DNA from: Candidatus Kaiserbacteria bacterium
Lineage (GTDB): Bacteria; Patescibacteriota; Minisyncoccia; Phycocordibacterales; Phycocordibacteraceae
NCBI GenBank assembly: GCA_026396675.1
Contig: JAPLWI010000010.1
Span: 1-43,464, forward strand
Length of the DNA: 43,464 nt
Direction: 5' to 3'
The stretch's first letter is position 1, and every line of letters begins with the position of its first letter. Under the pieces are notes generated by a model. That model did no database searches and was not told where the DNA came from. It saw only the letters and a program-made list of their open reading frames with translations. A program made the translations under genes and the position numbers. Shown piece by piece: positions 28,087 to 36,711 of this stretch.

Positions 28087-28282
28087 TGAATTTATTTACC
28101 GAAATAGCAAGCAGCTACCTCGTTATTTGGTATATTAGCATATTGACAATTTCATGTCAAGCGTCGTAATAAACGCGAAATATTCTCGCATGATAATACT
28201 ACGTGCGTTCGGAAATGAGAGATTCTGTGCATTATCCTCACCTACGAGTGCCCAGCGAATGCTATTGTGAAGAAAGCTTTGT

Positions 28283-29464
28283 ATGGACATTCTCTTTTTG
28301 ATACACATCATCGCACTGCTCTTTTCTTTCTTCGTTATTGGAGCGGTTCTTGGTGCCGTCTTCTCTGAAATCTTCCGACACAAGATTGTCGTAGTCGTGC
28401 GGCGACTTTTGCTCAACAAGTCCGACTCTAATCCAATCTTGAAACCTGGAACCAATGTTTGGGCTGCAGAAGCAGTAATGAATCCGGCTGCTGCTTTTTT
28501 TGATGGTCGCACACATCTTATCTATCGTGCTATCGGTTCTGATGGTGTTTCTCGACTCGGTTATGCGAGCAGTGCCGATGGTATTGTTTTCGACAAACAA
28601 CTTCCCTATCCGGCTTTCGTCGCAACGAGATTGCATCGGTCTCATATGCACAATATTGAACGTAGGTATTCCCTTACACTATATCCATCGGGTGGCAGCT
28701 GGGGTGGTTGTGAAGACCCGCGAATGGTGATGATTGACGGTCGCGTATATGTCACTATCAATATATTTGACGGCTGGAATTTCATTCGCGTCGCGTTCAT
28801 CTCGATTGCAGAAGATGACTTTCTCGCGGAGCAATTCGACAAATGGGAAGGCCCGCATCTTATCTCACCTCCGGGACAAATACATAAAAATTGGGTATTG
28901 TTCCCAGAAAAAATCGGTGGTCGGTTTGCAATTTTGCACAGCATCACACCAAATGTAGAAATTGCTTTCCTCGATGATATTGAAAATGTCGGTATCACCG
29001 AACCATTTGTCGAGAGCTGGGTCGGCGCGCGCGACTGCCTACCGGCGAGAGATGATTCATGGGACAGCTTTGTTCGCGGTGCTGGCCCACCGCCAATTCG
29101 AACAGATCGCGGATGGCTTCTTTTCTATCATGCGATTGATAATCGTGATCCTGGCCGTTATAAACTCGGTGCGATGTTGCTCGATCTCGCTGACCCGACA
29201 AAAGTGCTTTATCGTGCTGCCGCGCCGGTTATTTCTCCCGATGAGTACTACGAAAACGACGGCAAGCCAGGCATTGTCTACGCATGCGGCGCGGTAGTCC
29301 GCACCTCGACTGAGCTCGGGACAGGTGATAAAAAATTGTTCGTTTATTACGGCGGAGCGGACAAGGTCGTCTGCGTCGCGACCTCACCGCTGAACCACTT
29401 CCTTGATGCTCTCGTTGAAGGAAGTCAGGCATCCCTCACAGCAGTGCCAGCGCAAATTGTTTGA
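28283..29464 (+). CDS. GH130-like glycoside phosphorylase/glycosidase with N-terminal TM
   Basis: NPIL, MNPAA, YRA, GCEDPR, KNWVLFP, WLLFYH, VYYGGAD. Confidence 0.92.
   Translation: MDILFLIHIIALLFSFFVIGAVLGAVFSEIFRHKIVVVVRRLLLNKSDSNPILKPGTNVWAAEAVMNPAAAFFDGRTHLIYRAIGSDGVSRLGYASSADGIVFDKQLPYPAFVATRLHRSHMHNIERRYSLTLYPSGGSWGGCEDPRMVMIDGRVYVTINIFDGWNFIRVAFISIAEDDFLAEQFDKWEGPHLISPPGQIHKNWVLFPEKIGGRFAILHSITPNVEIAFLDDIENVGITEPFVESWVGARDCLPARDDSWDSFVRGAGPPPIRTDRGWLLFYHAIDNRDPGRYKLGAMLLDLADPTKVLYRAAAPVISPDEYYENDGKPGIVYACGAVVRTSTELGTGDKKLFVYYGGADKVVCVATSPLNHFLDALVEGSQASLTAVPAQIV
29304..29325 (+). repeat. family C element, in frame
   Basis: CCTCGACTGAGCTCGGGACAGG (TSTELGTG). Confidence 0.65.
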
Positions 29465-29467
29465 CAT

Positions 29468-30529
29468 ATGGAGCAAAAAACATATTTCGAGCATCCAGAT
29501 AAAGCGGTTGGGGACAATCGTTTCAGTCATATGATGGCGATAACACTTGACCCGCGTTCTAAATACAAAGAAGGAATCATCCGCTGTATCACGAGCCGTA
29601 GCGGGGATATTGAGTTTCGTGGATATGTCGACCGAAGTGTACTTTACAAAGTGAGTGGCGATACATTAGAGAAGTTCTCTATTGATAACCAGCTTGTTAT
29701 AAAGGGCGCGGAAGAAATGGTGCAACGACTCGGCGGAGATTTGTGGGATTTTATTGGATTTGAAGACCCTGATATTTGGATTGATGAATTAATGGGGAAA
29801 ATGCATTTGTATTTTACAATTGCTCTTATCAGCAAAGATCGGTCAAAAGCACATTCAATTATTTCTCTGGGACATGCTGAGGGGGACGATCTTGATTCTC
29901 TTTCGATGACCGCTCCCGTATTGCTGGGAGATAAATATGAGTATTCAAATCACAAGGCAAAAGAGATTTCCGTCGCGCCAATAAACAAAAACGGCGTCCG
30001 TTTGAATCTCTTTGAATCAGGAGACCGTCGCAAAGACCCTTACTACGATACGAGCAAATTCGGCAAAGACACTTCATTTTCAACAGTGCGTGTCGCCATT
30101 GCAAAAGATATGAGTAAAGAATGGGAGTGGGGAGAAATCGTTTTCCATCCTGCCGATCATAAAATTCCGTGGATTGCGGAGCATGCGTCGCCGGGTCCGC
30201 TTCTGCCGCGTTCATTTATTAATATTGGGGCTGATAAATTGCTCGGCATTATGAATGGGCGCGAAGCAAGCAGATTAGATGCTGCGAACAAGCCGATTCA
30301 TTATCGAAAATTTTCAATCGGACTTTTTATCTATAATTATGAAAATGGGAAAATAGAATGGGTATCGCCAGAACCGCTTATCCGCGATAGTGAAGCGAAA
30401 ATAATTACCTTCGCTAGCGAATTCGTGGAGACGAAATCTGGTGAAGGAATTTTGTATGCTCATGTTGACGACTCTTTTGTACGCGCATACACACTGTATG
30501 CTGAAGGTATTCGAGCATTGCTCCCTTAA
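29468..30529 (+). CDS. divergent five-bladed beta-propeller glycosidase-like protein
   Basis: GFEDPDI motif; sits between two GH130 genes with 2-3 nt gaps. Confidence 0.65.
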   Translation: MEQKTYFEHPDKAVGDNRFSHMMAITLDPRSKYKEGIIRCITSRSGDIEFRGYVDRSVLYKVSGDTLEKFSIDNQLVIKGAEEMVQRLGGDLWDFIGFEDPDIWIDELMGKMHLYFTIALISKDRSKAHSIISLGHAEGDDLDSLSMTAPVLLGDKYEYSNHKAKEISVAPINKNGVRLNLFESGDRRKDPYYDTSKFGKDTSFSTVRVAIAKDMSKEWEWGEIVFHPADHKIPWIAEHASPGPLLPRSFINIGADKLLGIMNGREASRLDAANKPIHYRKFSIGLFIYNYENGKIEWVSPEPLIRDSEAKIITFASEFVETKSGEGILYAHVDDSFVRAYTLYAEGIRALLP

Positions 30530-30531
30530 TT

Positions 30532-32511
30532 ATGTTTGTCATTAGACGAGAACCACATAATCCGATACTCGCACCGCTTCAAGAGCGGCCGTGGGAGTCA
30601 GTGGCGACCTATAATCCTTCTGCTGTGCGTACCGAGGATGGCGTGCGGCTGTATTATCGCGCGCTCGGTAATCCGAGCGCGCTTGCGACACCGCTTGCTG
30701 AAATGTCGACTATCGGCACTGCTTTTTCCGAGGACGGTGTCCACTTCCATTCGCGACAACAGATTATTATGCCCAGCGAATCGTGGGATCAATTCGGCTG
30801 TGAAGACCCGCGTGTCACATTTTTTGAAGGTCGTTGGTATTGTTTCTATACTGCACTCGGCGGTTACCCTTTTGGTCCTGACAATATTAAAGTCGCGGTC
30901 GCTATTGGTGACTTGCCAGACAATTTCATCGAGCGACATTTGATTACGCCCTTCGACGCGAAGGCCGCAACAATTTTCCCCGAACGCATCGACGGCGACA
31001 TCGTGATGCTCCTCACCGCGCACACTGACTGGACGCCAGAACATCCGCGGCCGACCATCGCGCTCGCTCGCGCAAAGAAAATCGAGGACTTTTTTGATAC
31101 AAACTATTGGAACGAATGGCACGACCATCTCGCTGACCACGCGCTCGGCGATTTGCGCCGCGATAACGATGTTCACATAGAAGTTGGTGCATCGCCTCTC
31201 TTGACTGACGCGGGCTGGCTGCTCATTTATTCTTACATTCAGGATTATTATGACGAACACAAACGCATCTTCTCGATTGCGGCCGCGCTGCTTGATGCAA
31301 AAAATCCGCAAAATGTTATCTCGCATACCGAATCAATTCTCGTGCCGCAAGAATTTTATGAAGAATATGGTCTCATCCCGCACATCGTATTCCCGACGAG
31401 TGCAACCATCGACCCTTCGACTACGCTCGGGGTAAGCGACCGACTTGAAATATGGTATGGCGGAGCCGACACGGTCTGCGCGAAGGCGAGCGTGAAATTG
31501 CATGACCTCCTGCGCGCGCTTGACCCAAATCGGCCTGCGCGTACCTTCACTCGAGCGCCAGAAAATCCAATTCTTTCGCCGCAAGGCAACGGATTCGAAA
31601 GCCGCGAAGTGATGAACGCCGCAGCGATTGAAATTAACGACTCGATTTATATTCTCTATCGCGCGATGGACGCGGAGAACACCTCTACCGTCGGACTCGC
31701 GATTTCTAAAAACGGCGTCGTTATTGACGAACGATTACCGGAGCCAATTTACACTCCGCGCGCTGATTTTGAAATGAAAAAAGGAAGTCCAACTGGTAAT
31801 TCTGGTTGTGAAGATCCACGCATTGTGCGTATTGAGAATACGCTTTACCTGACTTACACGGCATACGATGGCGTCCATCCGCCATCCGGTGCGGTCTCGT
31901 CAATCAGCGTTGATGATTTTCTCGCGCGGAAATTTGAGAAATGGAGTATGCCACTCATCCTGACACCTGATGGTGTTGATGATAAAGACCTTGCTCTCCT
32001 GCCTGAAAAAATAAACCTGTCCGGTCAGGATGGAAATTATTTGCTTTATCATCGCATTAATAATCAGATTTGTGCCGACCTTCTACCCGACATTGTATCC
32101 GGTAAACGGGCGAGCCGATGTATAGAAATCATGGGCCCGCGACACGGCATGTGGGATGGAGTGAAAGTTGGTGTTGCCGCACCACCGATTAGAGTCGGCC
32201 TGCCCCCTGACCGGGCAGGTGGCCAGGGCGACAAATGGCTAATGATTTATCACGGTGTGTCGCGCCACGCCCGCTACCGCCTAGGCGCCGCGCTTCTCGA
32301 CACTGATGGTCTTACTGTTCTCGCACGTACTGCAGACCCGATTTTTGAGCCACTTGAGAAATACGAGAAAGAAGGAACCGTTCCAGACGTTGTCTTTTCT
32401 TGCGGCGCAGTTGTATGTGGCGATACTTTATATCTCTACTACGGTGCCGCCGATAAAGTGCTCGGCGTTGCGACGGCGTCGCTCGCGCATATTGTTGATT
32501 CCCTTTCATAA
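30532..32511 (+). CDS. tandem double-domain GH130 protein
   Basis: Two NPIL..NP/NAAA..YRA..GCEDPR..YG.AD units. Confidence 0.93.
   Translation: MFVIRREPHNPILAPLQERPWESVATYNPSAVRTEDGVRLYYRALGNPSALATPLAEMSTIGTAFSEDGVHFHSRQQIIMPSESWDQFGCEDPRVTFFEGRWYCFYTALGGYPFGPDNIKVAVAIGDLPDNFIERHLITPFDAKAATIFPERIDGDIVMLLTAHTDWTPEHPRPTIALARAKKIEDFFDTNYWNEWHDHLADHALGDLRRDNDVHIEVGASPLLTDAGWLLIYSYIQDYYDEHKRIFSIAAALLDAKNPQNVISHTESILVPQEFYEEYGLIPHIVFPTSATIDPSTTLGVSDRLEIWYGGADTVCAKASVKLHDLLRALDPNRPARTFTRAPENPILSPQGNGFESREVMNAAAIEINDSIYILYRAMDAENTSTVGLAISKNGVVIDERLPEPIYTPRADFEMKKGSPTGNSGCEDPRIVRIENTLYLTYTAYDGVHPPSGAVSSISVDDFLARKFEKWSMPLILTPDGVDDKDLALLPEKINLSGQDGNYLLYHRINNQICADLLPDIVSGKRASRCIEIMGPRHGMWDGVKVGVAAPPIRVGLPPDRAGGQGDKWLMIYHGVSRHARYRLGAALLDTDGLTVLARTADPIFEPLEKYEKEGTVPDVVFSCGAVVCGDTLYLYYGAADKVLGVATASLAHIVDSLS
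31412..31433 (+). repeat. family C element, in frame
   Basis: ACCCTTCGACTACGCTCGGGGT (PSTTLGV). Confidence 0.7.
32016..32219. repeat. two family E palindromes (32016-32029 and 32199-32219)
   Basis: CCTGTCCGGTCAGG; its reverse complement matches CCTGACCGGGCAGG (32206-32219) at 13/14. Confidence 0.55.
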
Positions 32512-33257
32512 TGAACAAACTCATTGTTTTTGACTTAGATGGAACGTTAACTGAGAGCAAACAGCCGCTCGACAGCGAGATGGCATCGCTCGTTGCGAAA
32601 CTTCTTGCTGTCACGAAAGTCGCGGTCGTCTCTGGCGGCGCGTTGCCGCAATTTTTGAAACAGGTGTTCGCACGGCTTCCGAATGATGCGAATTTCGCAA
32701 ATCTTTATTTATTACCGATATCCGGTGCTGCACTTTATGAGTTCTGCGAAGTTGGTTTGGGAAAGATTTATGAAGAACGCCTTTCAGAAAAAGAAGCGCA
32801 CACTATAGAGACCGCGATGCGCGAAGCGGCGAAGGAAACTGGTCTTATCAACTTCTCCGAACCCGCGTGGGGCGAGCGTATTGAATACCGCGGCGGTCAG
32901 GTAACAATGTCGGCACTCGGACAAGAGGCCCCGCTCGCCGAGAAAAAAGCGTGGGATCCCGATCACGCGAAGCGCCGAAAACTGCAGGCGGCTATCGCTG
33001 CACGATTACCAGAATTCTCGGTCGGAATGGGCGGTGCGACAACAATTGATGTAACAAAACGTGGCATTGATAAGGCCTACGGCATCCGGCAACTTTGTAA
33101 ACGCCTCGGCATTCCTGAATCCGAAGCGCTCTATGTCGGCGACGAACTTATGGCTGGCGGTAATGATGAAGCCGTGTATAAAACTGCCGCGCAAACAAAA
33201 AGTGTAAAAAATCCTGCTGAAACTGCGAAGATTATCAAGTCGTTGCTTTTAAATTAG
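32511..33257 (+). CDS. HAD-IIB phosphomannomutase
   Basis: FDLDGTL, VSGG, IEYRG, WDPD..KR, GG.TTID, GD...GGND. Confidence 0.9.
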   Translation: MNKLIVFDLDGTLTESKQPLDSEMASLVAKLLAVTKVAVVSGGALPQFLKQVFARLPNDANFANLYLLPISGAALYEFCEVGLGKIYEERLSEKEAHTIETAMREAAKETGLINFSEPAWGERIEYRGGQVTMSALGQEAPLAEKKAWDPDHAKRRKLQAAIAARLPEFSVGMGGATTIDVTKRGIDKAYGIRQLCKRLGIPESEALYVGDELMAGGNDEAVYKTAAQTKSVKNPAETAKIIKSLLLN

Positions 33258-33287
33258 AAAACCCCGCGACAACAAGCGCGGGGTTTT
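33258..33287. terminator. bidirectional intrinsic terminator
   Basis: AAAACCCCGCG...CGCGGGGTTTT. Confidence 0.8.
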
Positions 33288-33302
33288 ATCGCGGAATTGG
33301 CA

Positions 33303-33671
33303 TTAATTCCAGCATGGGTAACAAGGGCAACGGCGTCCTTCTCTGTCTCCAATGCAGTCGAGGAATGGGGTTAGACGACTCTCATCATCTTCCTTAATTT
33401 CCCATTGTTCTCCCGATATCTTTTCAGCTATCAGGATTTGCCGTTCAGGAGAGAACTCGATGATTTTCCACTCATCCGAATCCATTCGAACCGACAAACG
33501 AGTAGTCATGTTGGTAAATGTCGCAGCGGCGACGCTACCAACATAGTCGAATAGTGTTGTTATCTCATCGACGATTTTTTCTCTAAAGTTACGGGATTCC
33601 GTGTATGTCTCTCCGCCAACAATGATGGAAACTTTAAGCGGTCCGTGGAAAGGATCATCTAGCGATTTCAT
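33303..33671 (-). CDS. orphan hypothetical protein, SD-led
   Basis: AAGGAGG 4 nt before ATG; TTGACT-17-TAATCT upstream. Confidence 0.7.
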   Translation of the reverse strand: MKSLDDPFHGPLKVSIIVGGETYTESRNFREKIVDEITTLFDYVGSVAAATFTNMTTRLSVRMDSDEWKIIEFSPERQILIAEKISGEQWEIKEDDESRLTPFLDCIGDREGRRCPCYPCWN

Positions 33672-33769
33672 ATTGCCTCCTTACTTTTTCTTTTTCTTTT
33701 TTTATATTTTACAGATCTAATCTGAAATTAAGATTAACATATCATCTAGCCAGAGTCAATTTGAAGTTA

Positions 33770-33788
33770 AGCGAAGTCAGACTTCGCT
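33770..33788. repeat. family F palindrome, intergenic
   Basis: AGCGAAGTC-A-GACTTCGCT. Confidence 0.7.
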
Positions 33789-33857
33789 ACTGTTGTGCAA
33801 AAAACTAGATTTTAAGCCATATTTTCATAATCAAAGCTCTATATCTTGTAAAAAAGT

Positions 33858-33880
33858 TGAAAGATTTCGTAAACCTTTCA
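33858..33880 (+). repeat. family A REP, left flank of RAYT
   Basis: TGAAAGATTT-CGT-AAACCTTTCA. Confidence 0.88.
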
Positions 33881-33895
33881 TGTATTATGGAAGGC

Positions 33896-34579
33896 ATGGA
33901 ATTATGGCATGTATTAAATCACGGGGTTGAAGGACGAGACTTATTTCTTGACACACAAGATTACGCGCGTTTTGTGCATAATCTCTACGAATTTAATGAC
34001 TCTGCTCCTGCCGATAATCTTTGGCGCCTCTTTGATCCGTCTGGAATGAAAGATTTCGTAAACCCTTCATTTAGAAAAGCGAGACGGCTGCTAGTGGACA
34101 TTCACGGTTGGGTACTAATGAAGAATCATTATCACCTGCTCCTTTCAGAACGCGCGGAGAACGGAATCAGTTTATTTCTTCGCAAATTGAATGTTGGCTA
34201 TTCGAATTATTTTAATGCACGCTACAAGCGTCGCGGAACTTTATTCCAAGGTCGCACAAAAAAGATTTTGATAGAAAATGAATCGCATTTCTTATACATT
34301 CTTCATTATTTGCATCTTAATCCTCTCGATTATCTTGAGGGTGCCAAGGAATGGCGTCTACGAAACAAGAGTGGAATCAAGAACATGAATGATGCACTGG
34401 AGTATCTCGACTCATATCGCTGGAGCAGCTATCTGGACTATATTGGGAAAAAGAATTTTCCGTCTGTTATTACGACTGCATTTTTTAATAGTTCACTTGG
34501 CGACTACCGCACCTCGCTTAGCGAATATCTTCGCGATGCCGAATACGATAACGACTTCACCAAGCTGATGTTTGAATGA
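33896..34579 (+). mobile_element. REP-associated tyrosine transposase (RAYT/TnpA-REP, HUH Y1 family)
   Basis: HVLNHG..F.D..DY, VLMKNHYHLL (HUH), YFN.RY.R.G.LFQGR, YLHLNP (catalytic Tyr), YRWSSY; TATTAT 7 nt before ATG 33896. Confidence 0.92.
34045..34071 (+). repeat. family A REP inside the RAYT gene
   Basis: AATGAAAGATTT-CGT-AAACCCTTCATT, encodes MKDFVNPSF. Confidence 0.88.
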
Positions 34580-34609
34580 AAGGTTTTGAAAGGTTTACGA
34601 AACCTTTCA
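34577..34609 (-). repeat. family A REP, right flank of RAYT, inverted, with a partial duplicate containing the RAYT stop
   Basis: TGAAAGGTTT + TGAAAGGTTT-ACG-AAACCTTTCA. Confidence 0.88.
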
Positions 34610-34613
34610 TTTT

Positions 34614-34958
34614 TCATTTAGAGCGCATGAGGCGGACTAGGCGGATTGTTTCAAATGAATGGCGGCCACCGAGTGAATGGAAAACGGGCGAGAGGCGATC
34701 GCTCTTTTCATCTGAGAGCGCTTCATGTATTTCGTCAACAACACTAATCGGGACGAGATGTGCGAAGTCAGCGCGCCTTAACTTCCCTATTTCTGACAAC
34801 TCTTCCAAATGCTTTACGATAGTGCTCATTGTCAGTCCACGCGCTTTCGCTGTCTCTTTTAAACTTCTTGTATCGCGCGCGGCTTGAAGCGTTTCTGCAA
34901 GTCGACCAGGAAGTCCGGCGGAGCCGGACTTCCCACTTTCCATCAAACCACGCCCCAC
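34614..34958 (-). CDS. helix-turn-helix domain (RecQ/PIF1 C-terminal HTH type); probable out-of-frame end of the helicase
   Basis: AKARGLT.STI..HLE.L and RL.PVF..L...SF..IRLVR patterns. Confidence 0.7.
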   Translation of the reverse strand: MGRGLMESGKSGSAGLPGRLAETLQAARDTRSLKETAKARGLTMSTIVKHLEELSEIGKLRRADFAHLVPISVVDEIHEALSDEKSDRLSPVFHSLGGRHSFETIRLVRLMRSK

Positions 34959-36297
34959 CCATTGCCTTCACAAACTTCTTCTGCATATCAATTACTTCTG
35001 CCTTCGACATTTCAGCAAACGCATCGCGCGCCGCGTCTGACGCGGCGCGAAAATCCCTGTCCTTCTTCAAAATTTCCGGATGCACTTCGAGCGCGCGTTC
35101 ATTCAATCCAGTGAGATATACCCCGGAGAGCCGCCGCACTCTAGAGAGGGCGACATAGCCCTGTCCATATTCAAACGCCTTTGAGAGATCCATAATCGCG
35201 GCGTCCATACTCATTCCTTGGCTTTTATGCACCGTCATCGCATAGGCGAGCCGGAGCGGAATTTGCGAAATGCTCGCCTTCACTTTTCCTTGTTCTTCAA
35301 GTTGCCACTCCATTGGCTCGGTCGTTATTTTCAAACCATCTTTTGTTTTTATGATGGGCGAACCGTCTGCACCCCATCCACTCACAATACCAAGCGTACC
35401 GTTTACGAACCGCCCTTTGTGGCCCGAAGGTCCCGAGTAAGTCGAGGGGGAGTTTTTTGTGAACATTACCGCCGCGCTTTCTTTCAATTCAAGAATTTCT
35501 GGCGAGAGACATCCGCGCATCAAACCCTCCACGAGCGAATCCTTGCCCTTTGAACTCATATGGAATTTTTTCGCTTTGCCGGAAATCTTTTCAAGCTCTG
35601 CCGCATTGATTCGATCAACGTCGGCATTATGCGAAAAGAGTTTCGGTGCCTCACATTCGTTCGGCATCTCCGACAAGATTACTTGTCTCGATACAAGTTG
35701 TTCGCGATGCACTTCTTCGACCTCGCCCGACCGAATCGCCGAAAGTATGCCGAGAAATTCAGCATCGTCCTGTCTATACTGTTCTGTGAGGTAACAGATA
35801 ATTGGATTCAATTCTCGCCAGACCGGCGATGCGAATGCGAATTCAACATCCTTCGCGCGTGACACTGGCGGTAACTGGAAAAAATCTCCAACTAGAATAA
35901 CTGTGAGCCCGCCGAATGGTTTATCAACGCGTCGCACCTCGCGGCATATTGAATCCGCCATCTCGAATGTTGCCGCGCTAAGCATCGAGATTTCTTCAAT
36001 AATCAGTACCTTCGCTTTCGCAATCCGCTTCGCGATATGTTCTTTACTCGCGATTCGGTCCACATCAGCTCTCGTGAGCGAATCACTAACGCCGATGCCA
36101 CTCCACGAGTGAAGCGTCATACCGCTAACATGCGTCGCCGCGATGCCAGTCGCTGCAGTTACCGAGGGTTCAATTCCAGAGGCACGCAACCATGCGATAA
36201 ATTCATTTATCGTGTGCGTTTTCCCACTTCCGGGTTCACCGGTAAGGAAAACGTTGGCGCCCGTTTTTAATATTGTAAGCGCCTCGCTTTGTGTCAT
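34768..36297 (-). CDS. PIF1-family helicase, frameshifted near 34905-34960
   Basis: NVFLTGEPGSGKT, TLHSW.G, EEISML, PFGG..VGDFFQLPPV, QIPLRLAYAMTVHKSQGMS, GQGYVALSR. Confidence 0.93.
   Translation of the reverse strand: MTQSEALTILKTGANVFLTGEPGSGKTHTINEFIAWLRASGIEPSVTAATGIAATHVSGMTLHSWSGIGVSDSLTRADVDRIASKEHIAKRIAKAKVLIIEEISMLSAATFEMADSICREVRRVDKPFGGLTVILVGDFFQLPPVSRAKDVEFAFASPVWRELNPIICYLTEQYRQDDAEFLGILSAIRSGEVEEVHREQLVSRQVILSEMPNECEAPKLFSHNADVDRINAAELEKISGKAKKFHMSSKGKDSLVEGLMRGCLSPEILELKESAAVMFTKNSPSTYSGPSGHKGRFVNGTLGIVSGWGADGSPIIKTKDGLKITTEPMEWQLEEQGKVKASISQIPLRLAYAMTVHKSQGMSMDAAIMDLSKAFEYGQGYVALSRVRRLSGVYLTGLNERALEVHPEILKKDRDFRAASDAARDAFAEMSKAEVIDMQKKFVKAMGGAWFDGKWEVRLRRTSWSTCRNASSRARYKKFKRDSESAWTDNEHYRKAFGRVVRNREVKAR
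34909..34933. repeat. family F-like hairpin at the helicase frameshift
   Basis: GGAAGTCCGGC-GGA-GCCGGACTTCC. Confidence 0.8.
35421..35450 (-). repeat. family C element, in frame in PIF1
   Basis: Minus strand CCCCCTCGACTTACTCGGGACCTTCGGGCC (PSTYSGPSG). Confidence 0.6.
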
Positions 36298-36314
36298 CCA
36301 AACACTTTATCAGT

Positions 36315-36686
36315 TTAGCCCAGATAGAACAGGAATAGCCCAGCGATGACCGCGACAAGTCCGTAGAGATTAAGTTCACCGAAAATCTTTTTACTGACCA
36401 TTTTCTGCAACGTTCCTGGAATGAATATGTAGGCCAGTCCTTTCAGAAAAACGAGCCATGCGAAGATGGTGATGACCGTACGCCAAGTTCCATCCCAAAT
36501 ATTATTCTGAATAAGCAAAAGTACCGATAGAAAGATCAAAATAATACCGGTCAGATACACGATGGCCGGATGGCCGAAAAAGTCCTTAAGCAAGTGCGGA
36601 ATTGTTTTCCCGCGGAAAATCAGAAACAAGCCGCTGACAATCAAATACACTCCCAATATTTCCGCTGTAACAAGTGAAATATCCAT
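36315..36686 (-). CDS. small four-TM membrane protein
   Basis: Hydrophobic helices, NNIW..W..IT..W...KG pattern. Confidence 0.8.
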   Translation of the reverse strand: MDISLVTAEILGVYLIVSGLFLIFRGKTIPHLLKDFFGHPAIVYLTGIILIFLSVLLLIQNNIWDGTWRTVITIFAWLVFLKGLAYIFIPGTLQKMVSKKIFGELNLYGLVAVIAGLFLFYLG

Positions 36687-36711
36687 AACGAATGGCTAAT
36701 TGTTAATTCCT

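Noticed and set aside
33896-34579. IS200/IS605 insertion sequence
   Set aside because: No tnpB; NP and WSS motifs and dispersed hairpin copies fit a RAYT.
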